Assembly: GCA_965225085.1 (NCBI GenBank)
Contig: CBDDBE010000003.1
Coordinates: 67,023-120,930, forward strand
Direction: 5' to 3'
DNA: 53,908 nt
From: an uncultured Candidatus Saccharibacteria bacterium
Lineage (GTDB): Bacteria; Patescibacteriota; Saccharimonadia; Saccharimonadales; EFPC-124
Of this stretch, positions 38,081 through 47,832 are shown in pieces. The notes under the pieces are model-generated. The model made no database searches. It saw only the letters and a program-made list of their open reading frames with translations, and was not told the DNA's origin. Every line of letters begins with the position of its first letter. Position 1 is the stretch's first letter. The position numbers were made by a program, and so were the translations under genes.

Positions 38081-38683
38081 ATGAATGATCTACGCATGAA
38101 CTATTTGGTCCCAACCGTCATCGAAAAAACATCAATGGGGGAGCGCGCTTACGACATCTACAGCCGCTTGATGAACGAGCGGATTATCTTCCTGAATGAC
38201 GAGGTTAACGCTGCCACGGCGAATATCATCATCGCTCAGCTGCTACACCTGGCCTATGCCGACCCCAAGAAAGACATATATCTGTACATCAACAGTCCAG
38301 GCGGGAGTGTCTACGACCTTCTGGCCATCTACGACACCATGAACTACATCAAGCCCGACGTGCAAACCTATGTAACCGGTCTGGCCGCCAGCGCAGCGGC
38401 GGTATTGCTTGCATCAGGGACAAAAGGGAAGCGATTTGCCCTACCCCACAGCAAAATTATGATCCACCAGCCTCATGGCGGTGGCGGCAGTGGCACAATT
38501 ACCGACCAGGAAATTAACCTCCAAGAAGCTGTCAATATCAAGAAAACTCTTGAGGAAATCATGGTCAAAAACACCGGTCAAAAGATGGATAAAATCCACG
38601 TGGACATGGAGCGCGACTTCTATATGACCGCCGAGGAAGCCTGCAAGTACGGCCTCATTGACGCCGTCGTTGAGCATGCCTAA
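38081..38683 (+). CDS. clpP: ATP-dependent Clp protease proteolytic subunit
   Basis: [41 protein letters not shown]. Confidence 0.97.
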   Translation: MNDLRMNYLVPTVIEKTSMGERAYDIYSRLMNERIIFLNDEVNAATANIIIAQLLHLAYADPKKDIYLYINSPGGSVYDLLAIYDTMNYIKPDVQTYVTGLAASAAAVLLASGTKGKRFALPHSKIMIHQPHGGGGSGTITDQEINLQEAVNIKKTLEEIMVKNTGQKMDKIHVDMERDFYMTAEEACKYGLIDAVVEHA

Positions 38684-38742
38684 ATTGACCAGTTGTCCAA
38701 ATTGGGTATACTACATCTAGTCTGTTAGAAATGGAGGCGTTT

Positions 38743-39066
38743 ATGAAGACGCCAGGTGTAAAGTACCAACCAAGCACGCCGATCGACACGGCTAAGATCC
38801 TCGTGATCGAAGGCCTATCAGATACGGACGATCAATGGAGGCCTATCGAGAGTGCCTACCCCGAACTCGAAGGAAAGTCTGCTCGATTGGGCATACGTAC
38901 GGCGCGCACGGTGATTCACCCTCCGCGCGAAGGAACAGCGCGTGGGCTATGGCGCACTCTCGTGTTATACAGAAGGGGCGCCAAGATCGCCGAGCTAGCT
39001 TCTGGGGAGGTTATCGTGCGCAAGCCTGATGGCCCCGACGGCGTCATTGTCCACATCTATCGCTAG
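38743..39066 (+). CDS. Hypothetical protein (~107 aa)
   Basis: SD GGAGG before ATG 38743; TATACT upstream; hairpin TGAGGGCT/AGCCCTCA downstream. Confidence 0.55.
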   Translation: MKTPGVKYQPSTPIDTAKILVIEGLSDTDDQWRPIESAYPELEGKSARLGIRTARTVIHPPREGTARGLWRTLVLYRRGAKIAELASGEVIVRKPDGPDGVIVHIYR

Positions 39067-39115
39067 CACGACGTGCTGAGGGCTACCACACTCTGGCAGC
39101 CCTCACACAAAATAC

Positions 39116-39144
39116 TTGACATGATATACTAACTTCCCCATAAT
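39116..39144 (+). promoter_or_regulatory. rpoB promoter
   Basis: TTGACA-17-CATAAT, ~130 nt upstream of the ATG. Confidence 0.6.
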
Positions 39145-39281
39145 AAACATTAAGAAGTTGAGTAAGTTGGGTTTTTTGTGCCCCGCGAGTTGGCAGCTCG
39201 GGACCGGCACACCACTTAGAGGATCTTCGGGCGCCAATATCCTACCAACCAAACTATAATTATCTAGAGGAGCGTGTTTAG

Positions 39282-42200
39282 ATGAGTAAAAGCTCAGTGA
39301 CCCGCGCGACTCAAAGGCGGTTTTTTACCAAAGCTGACACCGCCGTCGAGTTGCCAAACCTAATTGCGCATCAGCTTGGCTCGTTCCGTGAGTTTGTGGA
39401 GACTGGTCTCGGCGAGATTTTTGCCGAGATTAATCCTATTGAGGACTACACGGGCCAAAAGCTGGAGCTACGTTTCAAGGATTATCACTTTGACGATCCT
39501 AAAATGACCGAGCAAGAAGCTCGCGAAAACAACATTAGTTTTGACGCGCCCCTCAAGGCTGTCGTTGAGCTCACCAACAAAGTTACTGGTGAGGTCAAAG
39601 AGCAAGAAATCTACCTCGGTGACTATCCATGGATGACCAACCGCGGTACTTTTGTTATTAATGGCGCAGAACGCGTCGTTGTGAACCAGCTTATTCGTTC
39701 GGCTGGTGTTTTCTTTACCGCTGATTCGAGCGGCGGCCGCAATCTCTACGGCGCCAAGCTCATCCCTGGACGTGGTGCATGGCTGGAGTTCGAGACTGCC
39801 AGCAACGGCGCGCTATATGTCAAGATCGACCGACGCCGCAAAATCCCCGTCACCACGCTGCTGCGCGCGCTTGCATATCCTACCAACCAAGCCATCAAGG
39901 ACCTATTCGCCGACGTCGATACTGGTGATATTCGCCACATCGACGCCACCCTCGACAAAGACCCTGCCAAGGGTACTAACGAAGCGCTTATCGAAGTCTA
40001 CCGCCGCCTGCGCCCGGGCGACCTAGCTACCGTCGATAACGCCCGTGAACTCGTGCAGCGCATGTTCTTTGACTTCAAGCGCTTTGACTTTAGTCGCGTT
40101 GGTCGCTACAAGCTCAACCAGCGCCTTGGCCTAGACGTCGCCAACACAACCGAAAACCGTGTCATGCGCATCGATGACCTCGTTGCTATCATCAAGGAAG
40201 TCATCCGCCTCAACAACACACAGGACGCCCCAGACGACATCGACGCCCTGAGCAACCGCCGCGTCAAGATGGTCGGCGAGTTGGTTCAGCGCCAGTTCCG
40301 TATCGGTCTGCTGCGCATGGAGCGCAACGCTCGTGACCGCATGAGCATGTCCGACATCGAGACAGTCACCCCTGGCCAGCTTATCAATGCTCGCCCTGTC
40401 GTGGCTGCCGTCCGAGAGTTCTTTGCCAGCTCGCAGCTGTCGCAATTCATGGACCAGACCAACCCACTTTCCGAACTCGCCCACAAACGCCGCCTCAGCT
40501 CGATGGGCCCGGGTGGTCTAAGTCGCGAACGCGCCGGCCTGGATGTTCGTGACGCACACGCGACTCACTATGGCCGCCTCTGTACGGTTGAGACTCCAGA
40601 AGGTGCCAACATCGGCCTTGTGCTCAACATGGCTACCTATGCCAAGGTGAACGAATACGGCTTCCTGGAGACTCCTTATCGCCGCGTTGTTGACGGCAAA
40701 GTCACCGACGAAGTCATATACATGGACGCCGCCGAAGAAGCTCTCGAGGTTATTGCCGAATCCGGTAACAAAGTCGACGAGAATGGCAAATTTGTCAGCG
40801 ACCGCGTATCAGCCCGCATCAACCTGAAGCCAGGTGAAGTAGACGCCAGCGAAATAACATTCGTGGATGCTGCCAAGAAGCAGATCCTTGGTTCGACTGC
40901 ATCACTCATTCCATTTGTCGAGAAAAACCGTGTTGACCGCTCACTGACTGGCTCGAACATGCAGAAGCAAGCCGTGCCACTTATCAAGCCAAACTCACCA
41001 ATCGTGGGCACCGGCATGGAAGCAGTCATCGCTCGCAACTCAGGCCAGCTGATCGTCGCCGAAGGCGATGGTGAAGTCGTAAAAGCCGACGGTAGCGAAG
41101 TGCAAGTTCAGTACAAGGACGGCGTCAAAAGCTACGTCCCAATGCATTTCCAGCGTAGCAACGACGGCGAAAGCATCAACCAAACCGTCGTAGTCAACCG
41201 TGGCGATAAGGTCAAGAAAGACGACATCCTGATTGAAGGCATGAGCATGCGCGATGGCGAACTGGCTATCGGACGCGACCTCATCGTGGCCTACATGCCT
41301 TGGGGCGGCTACAACATGGACGACGCCATCATCCTCAGCGATCGCTTAGTAAAGGAAGACGACCTCACCAGCATCCACATCACCGACTACATGGTTGAAG
41401 TCCGCGAAACCAAGCTTGGCCCAGAAATCGTTACCCGAGACATTCCAAACGTCAGCGAAGAAAGCCTGCGTCACCTCGACGAGAACGGCATTGTCCGTAT
41501 CGGCGCTGAGGTTCACGCTGGTGATATTCTAGTCGGCAAGATCACGCCAAAGGGCGAGCAAGAGCTCTCAAGCGAAGAGCGCCTGCTACGCGCTATCTTT
41601 GGCGAAAAGGCTAAAGACGTTCGCGATACATCGCAGCGCATGAGTAATGGCAAACACGGCAAGATTGTCGGCGTCAAAGTCTTCAGCCGCGAAAACGGCC
41701 ACGAGCTTAAAGCTGGTGTTCTGATGCAAATCCAGATCTTTGTCGCCCAAATGCGCAAAATCAGCGTCGGCGACAAACTAGCTGGACGCCACGGTAACAA
41801 GGGCGTTGTCGCTCGTATTCTGCCGATCGCAGACATGCCATTCATGGCCGACGGTACCCCAATCGACGTCATCCTCAACCCGCTCGGCGTGCCTTCACGC
41901 ATGAACCTGGGACAGTTGTTCGAAGTTCACCTGGGTATGGCCGCGCGCGCACTTGGCTACAAGGTTGCAACGCCTCCATTCAACGGTGTGCCTATCGAGA
42001 CAATCGTTGACGAGCTGAAGAAAGCTGGCTTCCCAGAAGACGGCAAGGTGCAGCTGTTCGACGGTCGCACGGGTGACGCCTTCCAGGAGTTAACCGCTGT
42101 TGGCAACATGTACATGATTAAGCTGCACCACATGGTTGCAGACAAAATTCACGCACGTAGCATCGGTCCATACACTATGGTTACCCAGCAGCCCCTCGGT

Positions 42201-42680
42201 GGCAAGGCTCAAAACGGTGGTCAGCGCTTTGGCGAGATGGAGGTATGGGCACTGGAAGCATATGGCGCAAGCAGCACGCTTCAGGAAATGCTCACCATCA
42301 AGTCAGACGACGTCTACGGCCGGGCAAAAGCATACGAATCAATCATTAAGAAAGAACCGATCACTGGTCCAAAAGTTCCCGAGTCATTCAACGTGCTTGT
42401 CAAGGAGCTTCAGGGTCTGGGCCTTCGCGTCGACCTGATCCAGCAAGAGACCAGCGGCGATGCCGAAGATGTCCTGGACAGCGCCGTTGCCGACGAAGCC
42501 GCACACCCAGTCGAGCTCATTGCTGACGACGTCAAGCCGCTCGACGTAGCTGCAGCCGACGAAGTAGATGAATTTGGCGATCTCGATCTGGGCGACGGCA
42601 TGTCTGTCCGCACCAGTGATGATGACGAAGAAATTGTCGCAGTTAGCGACGACAATGACGACGAGAAGGAGGCTCTCTAA
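39282..42680 (+). CDS. rpoB: RNA polymerase beta subunit
   Basis: GTFVING.ERVVVNQL, SQLSQFMDQTNPL, TPEGANIGL, GDKLAGRHGNKG, GGQRFGEME. Confidence 0.99.
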   Translation: MSKSSVTRATQRRFFTKADTAVELPNLIAHQLGSFREFVETGLGEIFAEINPIEDYTGQKLELRFKDYHFDDPKMTEQEARENNISFDAPLKAVVELTNKVTGEVKEQEIYLGDYPWMTNRGTFVINGAERVVVNQLIRSAGVFFTADSSGGRNLYGAKLIPGRGAWLEFETASNGALYVKIDRRRKIPVTTLLRALAYPTNQAIKDLFADVDTGDIRHIDATLDKDPAKGTNEALIEVYRRLRPGDLATVDNARELVQRMFFDFKRFDFSRVGRYKLNQRLGLDVANTTENRVMRIDDLVAIIKEVIRLNNTQDAPDDIDALSNRRVKMVGELVQRQFRIGLLRMERNARDRMSMSDIETVTPGQLINARPVVAAVREFFASSQLSQFMDQTNPLSELAHKRRLSSMGPGGLSRERAGLDVRDAHATHYGRLCTVETPEGANIGLVLNMATYAKVNEYGFLETPYRRVVDGKVTDEVIYMDAAEEALEVIAESGNKVDENGKFVSDRVSARINLKPGEVDASEITFVDAAKKQILGSTASLIPFVEKNRVDRSLTGSNMQKQAVPLIKPNSPIVGTGMEAVIARNSGQLIVAEGDGEVVKADGSEVQVQYKDGVKSYVPMHFQRSNDGESINQTVVVNRGDKVKKDDILIEGMSMRDGELAIGRDLIVAYMPWGGYNMDDAIILSDRLVKEDDLTSIHITDYMVEVRETKLGPEIVTRDIPNVSEESLRHLDENGIVRIGAEVHAGDILVGKITPKGEQELSSEERLLRAIFGEKAKDVRDTSQRMSNGKHGKIVGVKVFSRENGHELKAGVLMQIQIFVAQMRKISVGDKLAGRHGNKGVVARILPIADMPFMADGTPIDVILNPLGVPSRMNLGQLFEVHLGMAARALGYKVATPPFNGVPIETIVDELKKAGFPEDGKVQLFDGRTGDAFQELTAVGNMYMIKLHHMVADKIHARSIGPYTMVTQQPLGGKAQNGGQRFGEMEVWALEAYGASSTLQEMLTIKSDDVYGRAKAYESIIKKEPITGPKVPESFNVLVKELQGLGLRVDLIQQETSGDAEDVLDSAVADEAAHPVELIADDVKPLDVAAADEVDEFGDLDLGDGMSVRTSDDDEEIVAVSDDNDDEKEAL

Positions 42681-45600
42681 TGCCACGTATTGGAATGACT
42701 ACAAGTATTTCCGACTTTGACGCCGTCCGCCTGGCCGTTGCGTCTGCCGAGGATATCCTCAACTGGTCACACGGCGAGGTTACCAAGCCCGAGACCATTA
42801 ACTACCGTACCCAAAAGCCAGAACGCGACGGTCTGTTCTGTGAGCGCATCTTTGGCCCAGTCAAGGATATCAACATCCATGACGCCAAATACAAAGGCGT
42901 TCGCTCACGCGAAGCTGCCGTCGACAAAAACGGCGAAATTGTTACCCGAAGCATCGTCCGTCGCGAGCGAATGGGGCACATTAGCCTTGCCGCTCCGGTC
43001 GCACACATTTGGTTCATGCGCGGCACGCCAAGCGCCATGAGCCTACTGCTGGGCGTAACCGTTCGCAACCTTGAGCGTGTTGCATACTTTGCGAGCTACA
43101 TCATCAAGTCTGTCGACGTCGAAAAACGCGATCAAACGCTGGCCGACATCGAAGCCGAGACCGAAGCTGCAAAAATCGCCATCAAGACTCGCTACGAGAA
43201 AGATGCTGAAGTTGAAGGCGCCGATCTGAAGCAGCTAGCCGCACAGCAAAGCAAAGAGCTCGAAGACCTCACCGAAGAGCACGCCCGCAAGAAAGTTCAA
43301 CTGGAAGGCCTTGAGAAATCTCGCCTGATTAGCGAAGTTGAGTACCGCGGGCTCCCCGACGAATACCGAGCTTTGGTTACCATCGGCATGGGTGGCACGG
43401 CTCTGCGTGAGCTTTTGGACGAGATCGACCTCGACAAACTGATCGAAGAGCTTACGACCGAAGCCGAGAGCGCAAAGGGTCAACGCAAGAAGAAGATCAT
43501 GAAGCGCCTGAAGGTCCTCGAGGGTATGCAGCGGGCCGGTATCAAGCCGAACAGCATGTGCCTGACTGTCCTGCCTGTCATTCCTCCAGATCTGCGACCA
43601 ATGGTTCAACTGACTGGTGGCCGTTTTGCCACAAGCGACCTGAACGACCTCTATCGCCGCGTCATTAACCGCAACAACCGTCTGAAGAAACTGATCGACC
43701 TCAACGCCCCCGAAGTCATCCGCCGCAACGAGCAGCGCATGCTTCAGGAAGCCGTTGATGCCCTGATCGACAACTCGGCTGCCCGTTCTGGTCGCGCCGT
43801 TAGCGCTACAGGTGGTCGACGCCGCCTGAAGAGCCTCAGCGACATGCTGAAAGGTAAGCAAGGTCGTTTCCGCCAGAACCTCCTCGGTAAGCGTGTTGAC
43901 TACTCCGGCCGTTCTGTAATCGTTGCTGGTCCTGAGCTGAAGATTCACCAATGTGGCCTTCCGAAGCTCATGGCGCTTGAGCTGTTCAAACCATTCGTCA
44001 TTGCTCACTTGCTCGAGCAAGAGTTCGCGCACAACATCAAGAGCGCGACACGTCTGATCGAATCCAACGCCAGCGAAGTCTGGGACGCCCTGGACGAGAT
44101 CATCAAGGACAAGTACGTGCTGCTGAACCGCGCACCATCGTTACACCGCCTGTCTATCCAGGCCTTCCAGCCAAAGCTGATCGAAGGTAAGGCAATCCAG
44201 CTACATCCGCTCGTCGCCAAGGGTTTCAACGCCGACTTTGACGGTGACCAGATGGCCGTGCACCTACCGCTGAGCGACGACGCCCAGAAGGAAGCTCGCG
44301 AGTTGATGAGCGCCACTAGCAACCTACTAAAGCCTGCCGACGGTTCGCCAATCCTGAACATCAGCCAGGACATCGTCCTTGGTTCCTACTACCTGACGTA
44401 CGACAAGCCAAGCGCACAGCTTCCCGAGCCACGACGATTTAGCAGCGTTTCAGAGGCAATTTTCGCCTTCGACGGCGGGCTCATCAAGCTTCAGACGCCT
44501 ATTACCGTCCCCGTAAAGGGCCAAACCCGTACAACCACCCTTGGCCGCGTCTACTTCAACGAAGTTCTGCCAGCTGACCTCGACTACGTCGAAGACGTCA
44601 TGGGCAAAAAGCGCCTCAACAAGGTGCTAGCCACTATCTTCAACACCTATGGGCAAGAGAAGACAGCCGAAGTTGCCGACGCTATCAAGGACCTCGCGCT
44701 CGAGTATGCAACCATCGCTGCCGTTTCGACAGGTATGACCGACTACTTCGAAGTTGAAGGCCTGGACGTAGTCATTGGCGAAGGTGACGAGCGCGCCGCC
44801 AAAATCTCCGAGCAGTACGAGCACGGCCTCATCACTGAGGACGAACGCTACAGCCTGACCGTTGCCACCTGGCGTGGCGTGGACAAGAAAGTACTCGAGA
44901 TTCTTCAGGGCCGCCTGAAAGAAGAAGACACCTCTGTTGCTGTGATGGTTGACTCTGGTGCCCGTGGTGACATCAGCAACATCAAGCTCGCAACAGCGAT
45001 GATCGGTGTGATGGTTGACGCAACCGGTAAAGAAATCGAGCTGCCTATCCGCTCAAGCTACAAAAAAGGTCTTTCACCGCTGGAAGCCTTCGTGGCCACC
45101 CGTGGTACTCGTAAGGGTCTGATCGACACCGCGCTAAAGACCGCCGACTCGGGCTATCTAACACGCCGACTCGTCGATGTCAGCCAGGATGTCTTTACCG
45201 TCACCGAACCAGCCGAAGACAATGGCTTTGCTATCTACCGTAGCGAATCAGACCAGACCATGATTCCGTTTGGCGATCGTCTGTTTGGTCGCTATGCTGC
45301 CGAGGCTATCAAGAGCCACGTCAAGCCAGGTGAGCTCATCACTCGTGAGATCGCAGACGCTATCGATGCCGACATCAGCATCGAGAACGCCAAGATCATG
45401 AGTGTTCTGAGCGCAACCAACCTTCGTGGCATCCCACGCAAGAGCTATGGCATCGACATGGCTACCGGCAAGCTTATCGCTTCGTACGAGCCAGTCGGCG
45501 TCATCGCTGCGCAATCAGTGGGTGAGCCTGGTACGCAGTTGACGCTGAACACCTTCCACGCCGGTGGTGTGGCTGGTGATGACATCACCCAGGGTCTGCC

Positions 45601-46489
45601 ACGTGTCGACGAGCTCTTTGAAGCACGCACACCAAAGGGCCAGGCATTCCTGAGTGAAATCGGTGGCGACGTCCAAGTTTGGGAAAGTGGCGAACACTAC
45701 GTCGTTCAGGTTACTCCGCCAAAGGGCAAGACCAAGAAATTGGCCCTCGACGGCCGCATCGTCCGCGTTAAAAGCGGCACCGAAGTGCTGGCCGGCGACG
45801 TCCTCGCAAGTGATAAGAAGGAAGATCGTCCGCTCATTGCACCATTTGACGGGACTGTCGAAGTTGCCGAGGATCAGATCGTCATTGCATCTGCTCAGCA
45901 CGCTCCAGCTCGCTACGAAGTTCCAGGCTTCAAGCAGTTGACCGTAGCTGACGGCGATCAGATCGAGGCAGGTGATCGCCTGACCTCTGGTTCGATCAAC
46001 CTACACGACCTGATGCGCCTGAAGGGCATCGAAGCCACTCAGCGCTACATCATCAACGAAGTACTGCGCATCTACGCAGCCCAGGGTCAGAACATTGCTG
46101 ACAAGCACCTGGAGATCATCGTTCGACAGATGTTCAGCCGTGTAACGATCGAGGACCCAGGTGATAGCCTGTTTGTAACTGGCGACATCGTCAGCAAGGC
46201 AGCAGTCGTCGAGACTAACCGTCAGCTAACCGAGGAAGGCAAGGCGCCATCAGAGTTCACACAGTTGCTGCTTGGTATCACCAAGGTGTCAATCTGGTCA
46301 GACTCGTTCCTGTCGGCCGCATCGTTCCAAGACACCACTCGCGTGCTTATCAATGCCGCAACAAGTGGTCGTGTAGACAACCTCTACGGCCTGAAAGAGA
46401 ACGTGATTATCGGTCGCAAGATCCCAGTTGGTACTGGTATCCAGCGTGATGCAGCCGAAATCGCAGCCGACGCACTGGTAGAAGCCTAA
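42680..46489 (+). CDS. rpoC: RNA polymerase beta' subunit (both Zn sites lack Cys)
   Basis: KPETINYRT, GRFRQNLLGKRVDYSGR, NADFDGD, KTADSGYLTRRL, SAASFQ; TAATG coupling to rpoB. Confidence 0.99.
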   Translation: MPRIGMTTSISDFDAVRLAVASAEDILNWSHGEVTKPETINYRTQKPERDGLFCERIFGPVKDINIHDAKYKGVRSREAAVDKNGEIVTRSIVRRERMGHISLAAPVAHIWFMRGTPSAMSLLLGVTVRNLERVAYFASYIIKSVDVEKRDQTLADIEAETEAAKIAIKTRYEKDAEVEGADLKQLAAQQSKELEDLTEEHARKKVQLEGLEKSRLISEVEYRGLPDEYRALVTIGMGGTALRELLDEIDLDKLIEELTTEAESAKGQRKKKIMKRLKVLEGMQRAGIKPNSMCLTVLPVIPPDLRPMVQLTGGRFATSDLNDLYRRVINRNNRLKKLIDLNAPEVIRRNEQRMLQEAVDALIDNSAARSGRAVSATGGRRRLKSLSDMLKGKQGRFRQNLLGKRVDYSGRSVIVAGPELKIHQCGLPKLMALELFKPFVIAHLLEQEFAHNIKSATRLIESNASEVWDALDEIIKDKYVLLNRAPSLHRLSIQAFQPKLIEGKAIQLHPLVAKGFNADFDGDQMAVHLPLSDDAQKEARELMSATSNLLKPADGSPILNISQDIVLGSYYLTYDKPSAQLPEPRRFSSVSEAIFAFDGGLIKLQTPITVPVKGQTRTTTLGRVYFNEVLPADLDYVEDVMGKKRLNKVLATIFNTYGQEKTAEVADAIKDLALEYATIAAVSTGMTDYFEVEGLDVVIGEGDERAAKISEQYEHGLITEDERYSLTVATWRGVDKKVLEILQGRLKEEDTSVAVMVDSGARGDISNIKLATAMIGVMVDATGKEIELPIRSSYKKGLSPLEAFVATRGTRKGLIDTALKTADSGYLTRRLVDVSQDVFTVTEPAEDNGFAIYRSESDQTMIPFGDRLFGRYAAEAIKSHVKPGELITREIADAIDADISIENAKIMSVLSATNLRGIPRKSYGIDMATGKLIASYEPVGVIAAQSVGEPGTQLTLNTFHAGGVAGDDITQGLPRVDELFEARTPKGQAFLSEIGGDVQVWESGEHYVVQVTPPKGKTKKLALDGRIVRVKSGTEVLAGDVLASDKKEDRPLIAPFDGTVEVAEDQIVIASAQHAPARYEVPGFKQLTVADGDQIEAGDRLTSGSINLHDLMRLKGIEATQRYIINEVLRIYAAQGQNIADKHLEIIVRQMFSRVTIEDPGDSLFVTGDIVSKAAVVETNRQLTEEGKAPSEFTQLLLGITKVSIWSDSFLSAASFQDTTRVLINAATSGRVDNLYGLKENVIIGRKIPVGTGIQRDAAEIAADALVEA

Positions 46490-46507
46490 GGGTTTCACGC
46501 TTACGTA

Positions 46508-46538
46508 CAAAAGGCCTCTCACCGCGAGAGGCCTTTTG
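46508..46538. terminator. Terminator after rpoC
   Basis: CAAAAGGCCTCTC-accgc-GAGAGGCCTTTTG. Confidence 0.85.
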
Positions 46539-46628
46539 AGTGCGGCCAACAACAAAACGAGACATTCACAAACCTGAAGACACGTTGTATGCTTAGGTAA
46601 ACTAAACCAGATTGAGGGCACTATTTTT

Positions 46629-47702
46629 ATGAATCCCGACCAACAAGATACGCCGAACCCACAACCTCAAGAAATGCCAGCGGCCACTCCCACGCCAGCA
46701 CCAATTCTAAAAAGCGGTAAAAAACTTAGCAAAAACGTAATCATTGGCGCCTTAGCTGGTGCTATTGTACTTGCGGGCGCTATTAGCTATGGAGTATACG
46801 CTTACATCAGCAACTCCCCGGACAACTTACTGCTGTCCGCCGTGGACAATCTAAAAGCCAAAAAGTCATTCGGCGGCACTTTTAAAATTGTGAACGGCAC
46901 CGAACAGAACGGCGTCACCTTCAGTGGCGATGTTGCGGCAGCGGCTGATCCATCCAACAATAAAAATGGCGAGGTCATCCTAGGCCTCGGCACTGGCAAC
47001 AAAAGAGTAGCAATCAACGCGCTATCGCTCGCAGGTACACTGTATCTAAAAGCAACCAACACCGAAAATCTAGGCCCGCTCCTGTCGTCCTTTAGCGGCG
47101 GTAGTGAGTCCCTCAGCTCACCCGAGTTTGCTAGTGCGCTAAAAGTATTGAACAATCAGTGGTTTGAGATCCAGCAATCTGATGTAAAATCTCTGGCACA
47201 AAATACCGGCAGCGACAACTTCTCAGGCGCCATATCTTCGGATGATCTCAAGAGAGTCCTGGACATTTACCACCAACATCCCTTCATTAAGTCCGACAAA
47301 ATATACAATGACGAGGTCGTCGACGGCTCTAACTCAGCACATTTTAGCCTCAAGATTGATGCCAAAGAGCAAGTCGCGTTCCTGCAGGCCGTCAAAAATG
47401 CCAACCTCAGTACCATCAAAGTCACAGACGACGACATCAATAGGATCAAGACTGACCCAGGGACTAACACCGATAGCATCGTAGAGATTTGGATTGCACG
47501 CAGTTCACGCCAGCTCAAGCAGTTGAAGGTAACCAACACCAAGAAAGGCGACGAATCAGCTCTGACACTGACGCTCGTCGATAGCAGGCCCACATTTGAC
47601 AAGTTCGAGAAACCAGCAAGCAGCAAGCCGATTTCCGAGCTTTTGACATCGTTGCTCGGACCATCCATCACTGCTAACGAGCTCAATACCACCGTCCAGT
47701 AA
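46629..47702 (+). CDS. Single-TM surface protein, possibly LppX/LprA (LolA-like) fold
   Basis: Pro-rich N-terminus, TM, then beta-rich domain with GTLYLK ... NQWFEI. Confidence 0.6.
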   Translation: MNPDQQDTPNPQPQEMPAATPTPAPILKSGKKLSKNVIIGALAGAIVLAGAISYGVYAYISNSPDNLLLSAVDNLKAKKSFGGTFKIVNGTEQNGVTFSGDVAAAADPSNNKNGEVILGLGTGNKRVAINALSLAGTLYLKATNTENLGPLLSSFSGGSESLSSPEFASALKVLNNQWFEIQQSDVKSLAQNTGSDNFSGAISSDDLKRVLDIYHQHPFIKSDKIYNDEVVDGSNSAHFSLKIDAKEQVAFLQAVKNANLSTIKVTDDDINRIKTDPGTNTDSIVEIWIARSSRQLKQLKVTNTKKGDESALTLTLVDSRPTFDKFEKPASSKPISELLTSLLGPSITANELNTTVQ

Positions 47703-47832
47703 CGGCCATACAGCTTAGCAAGACGCATAAAGACCCCCCTCATGTAGGGGTCTTTTGTAACTCCACCTGTATATTCTTCTCAAAAGTACACGGGTGGAGT
47801 GCCGATATGAGGGCGACACTCCTACGCTCATT

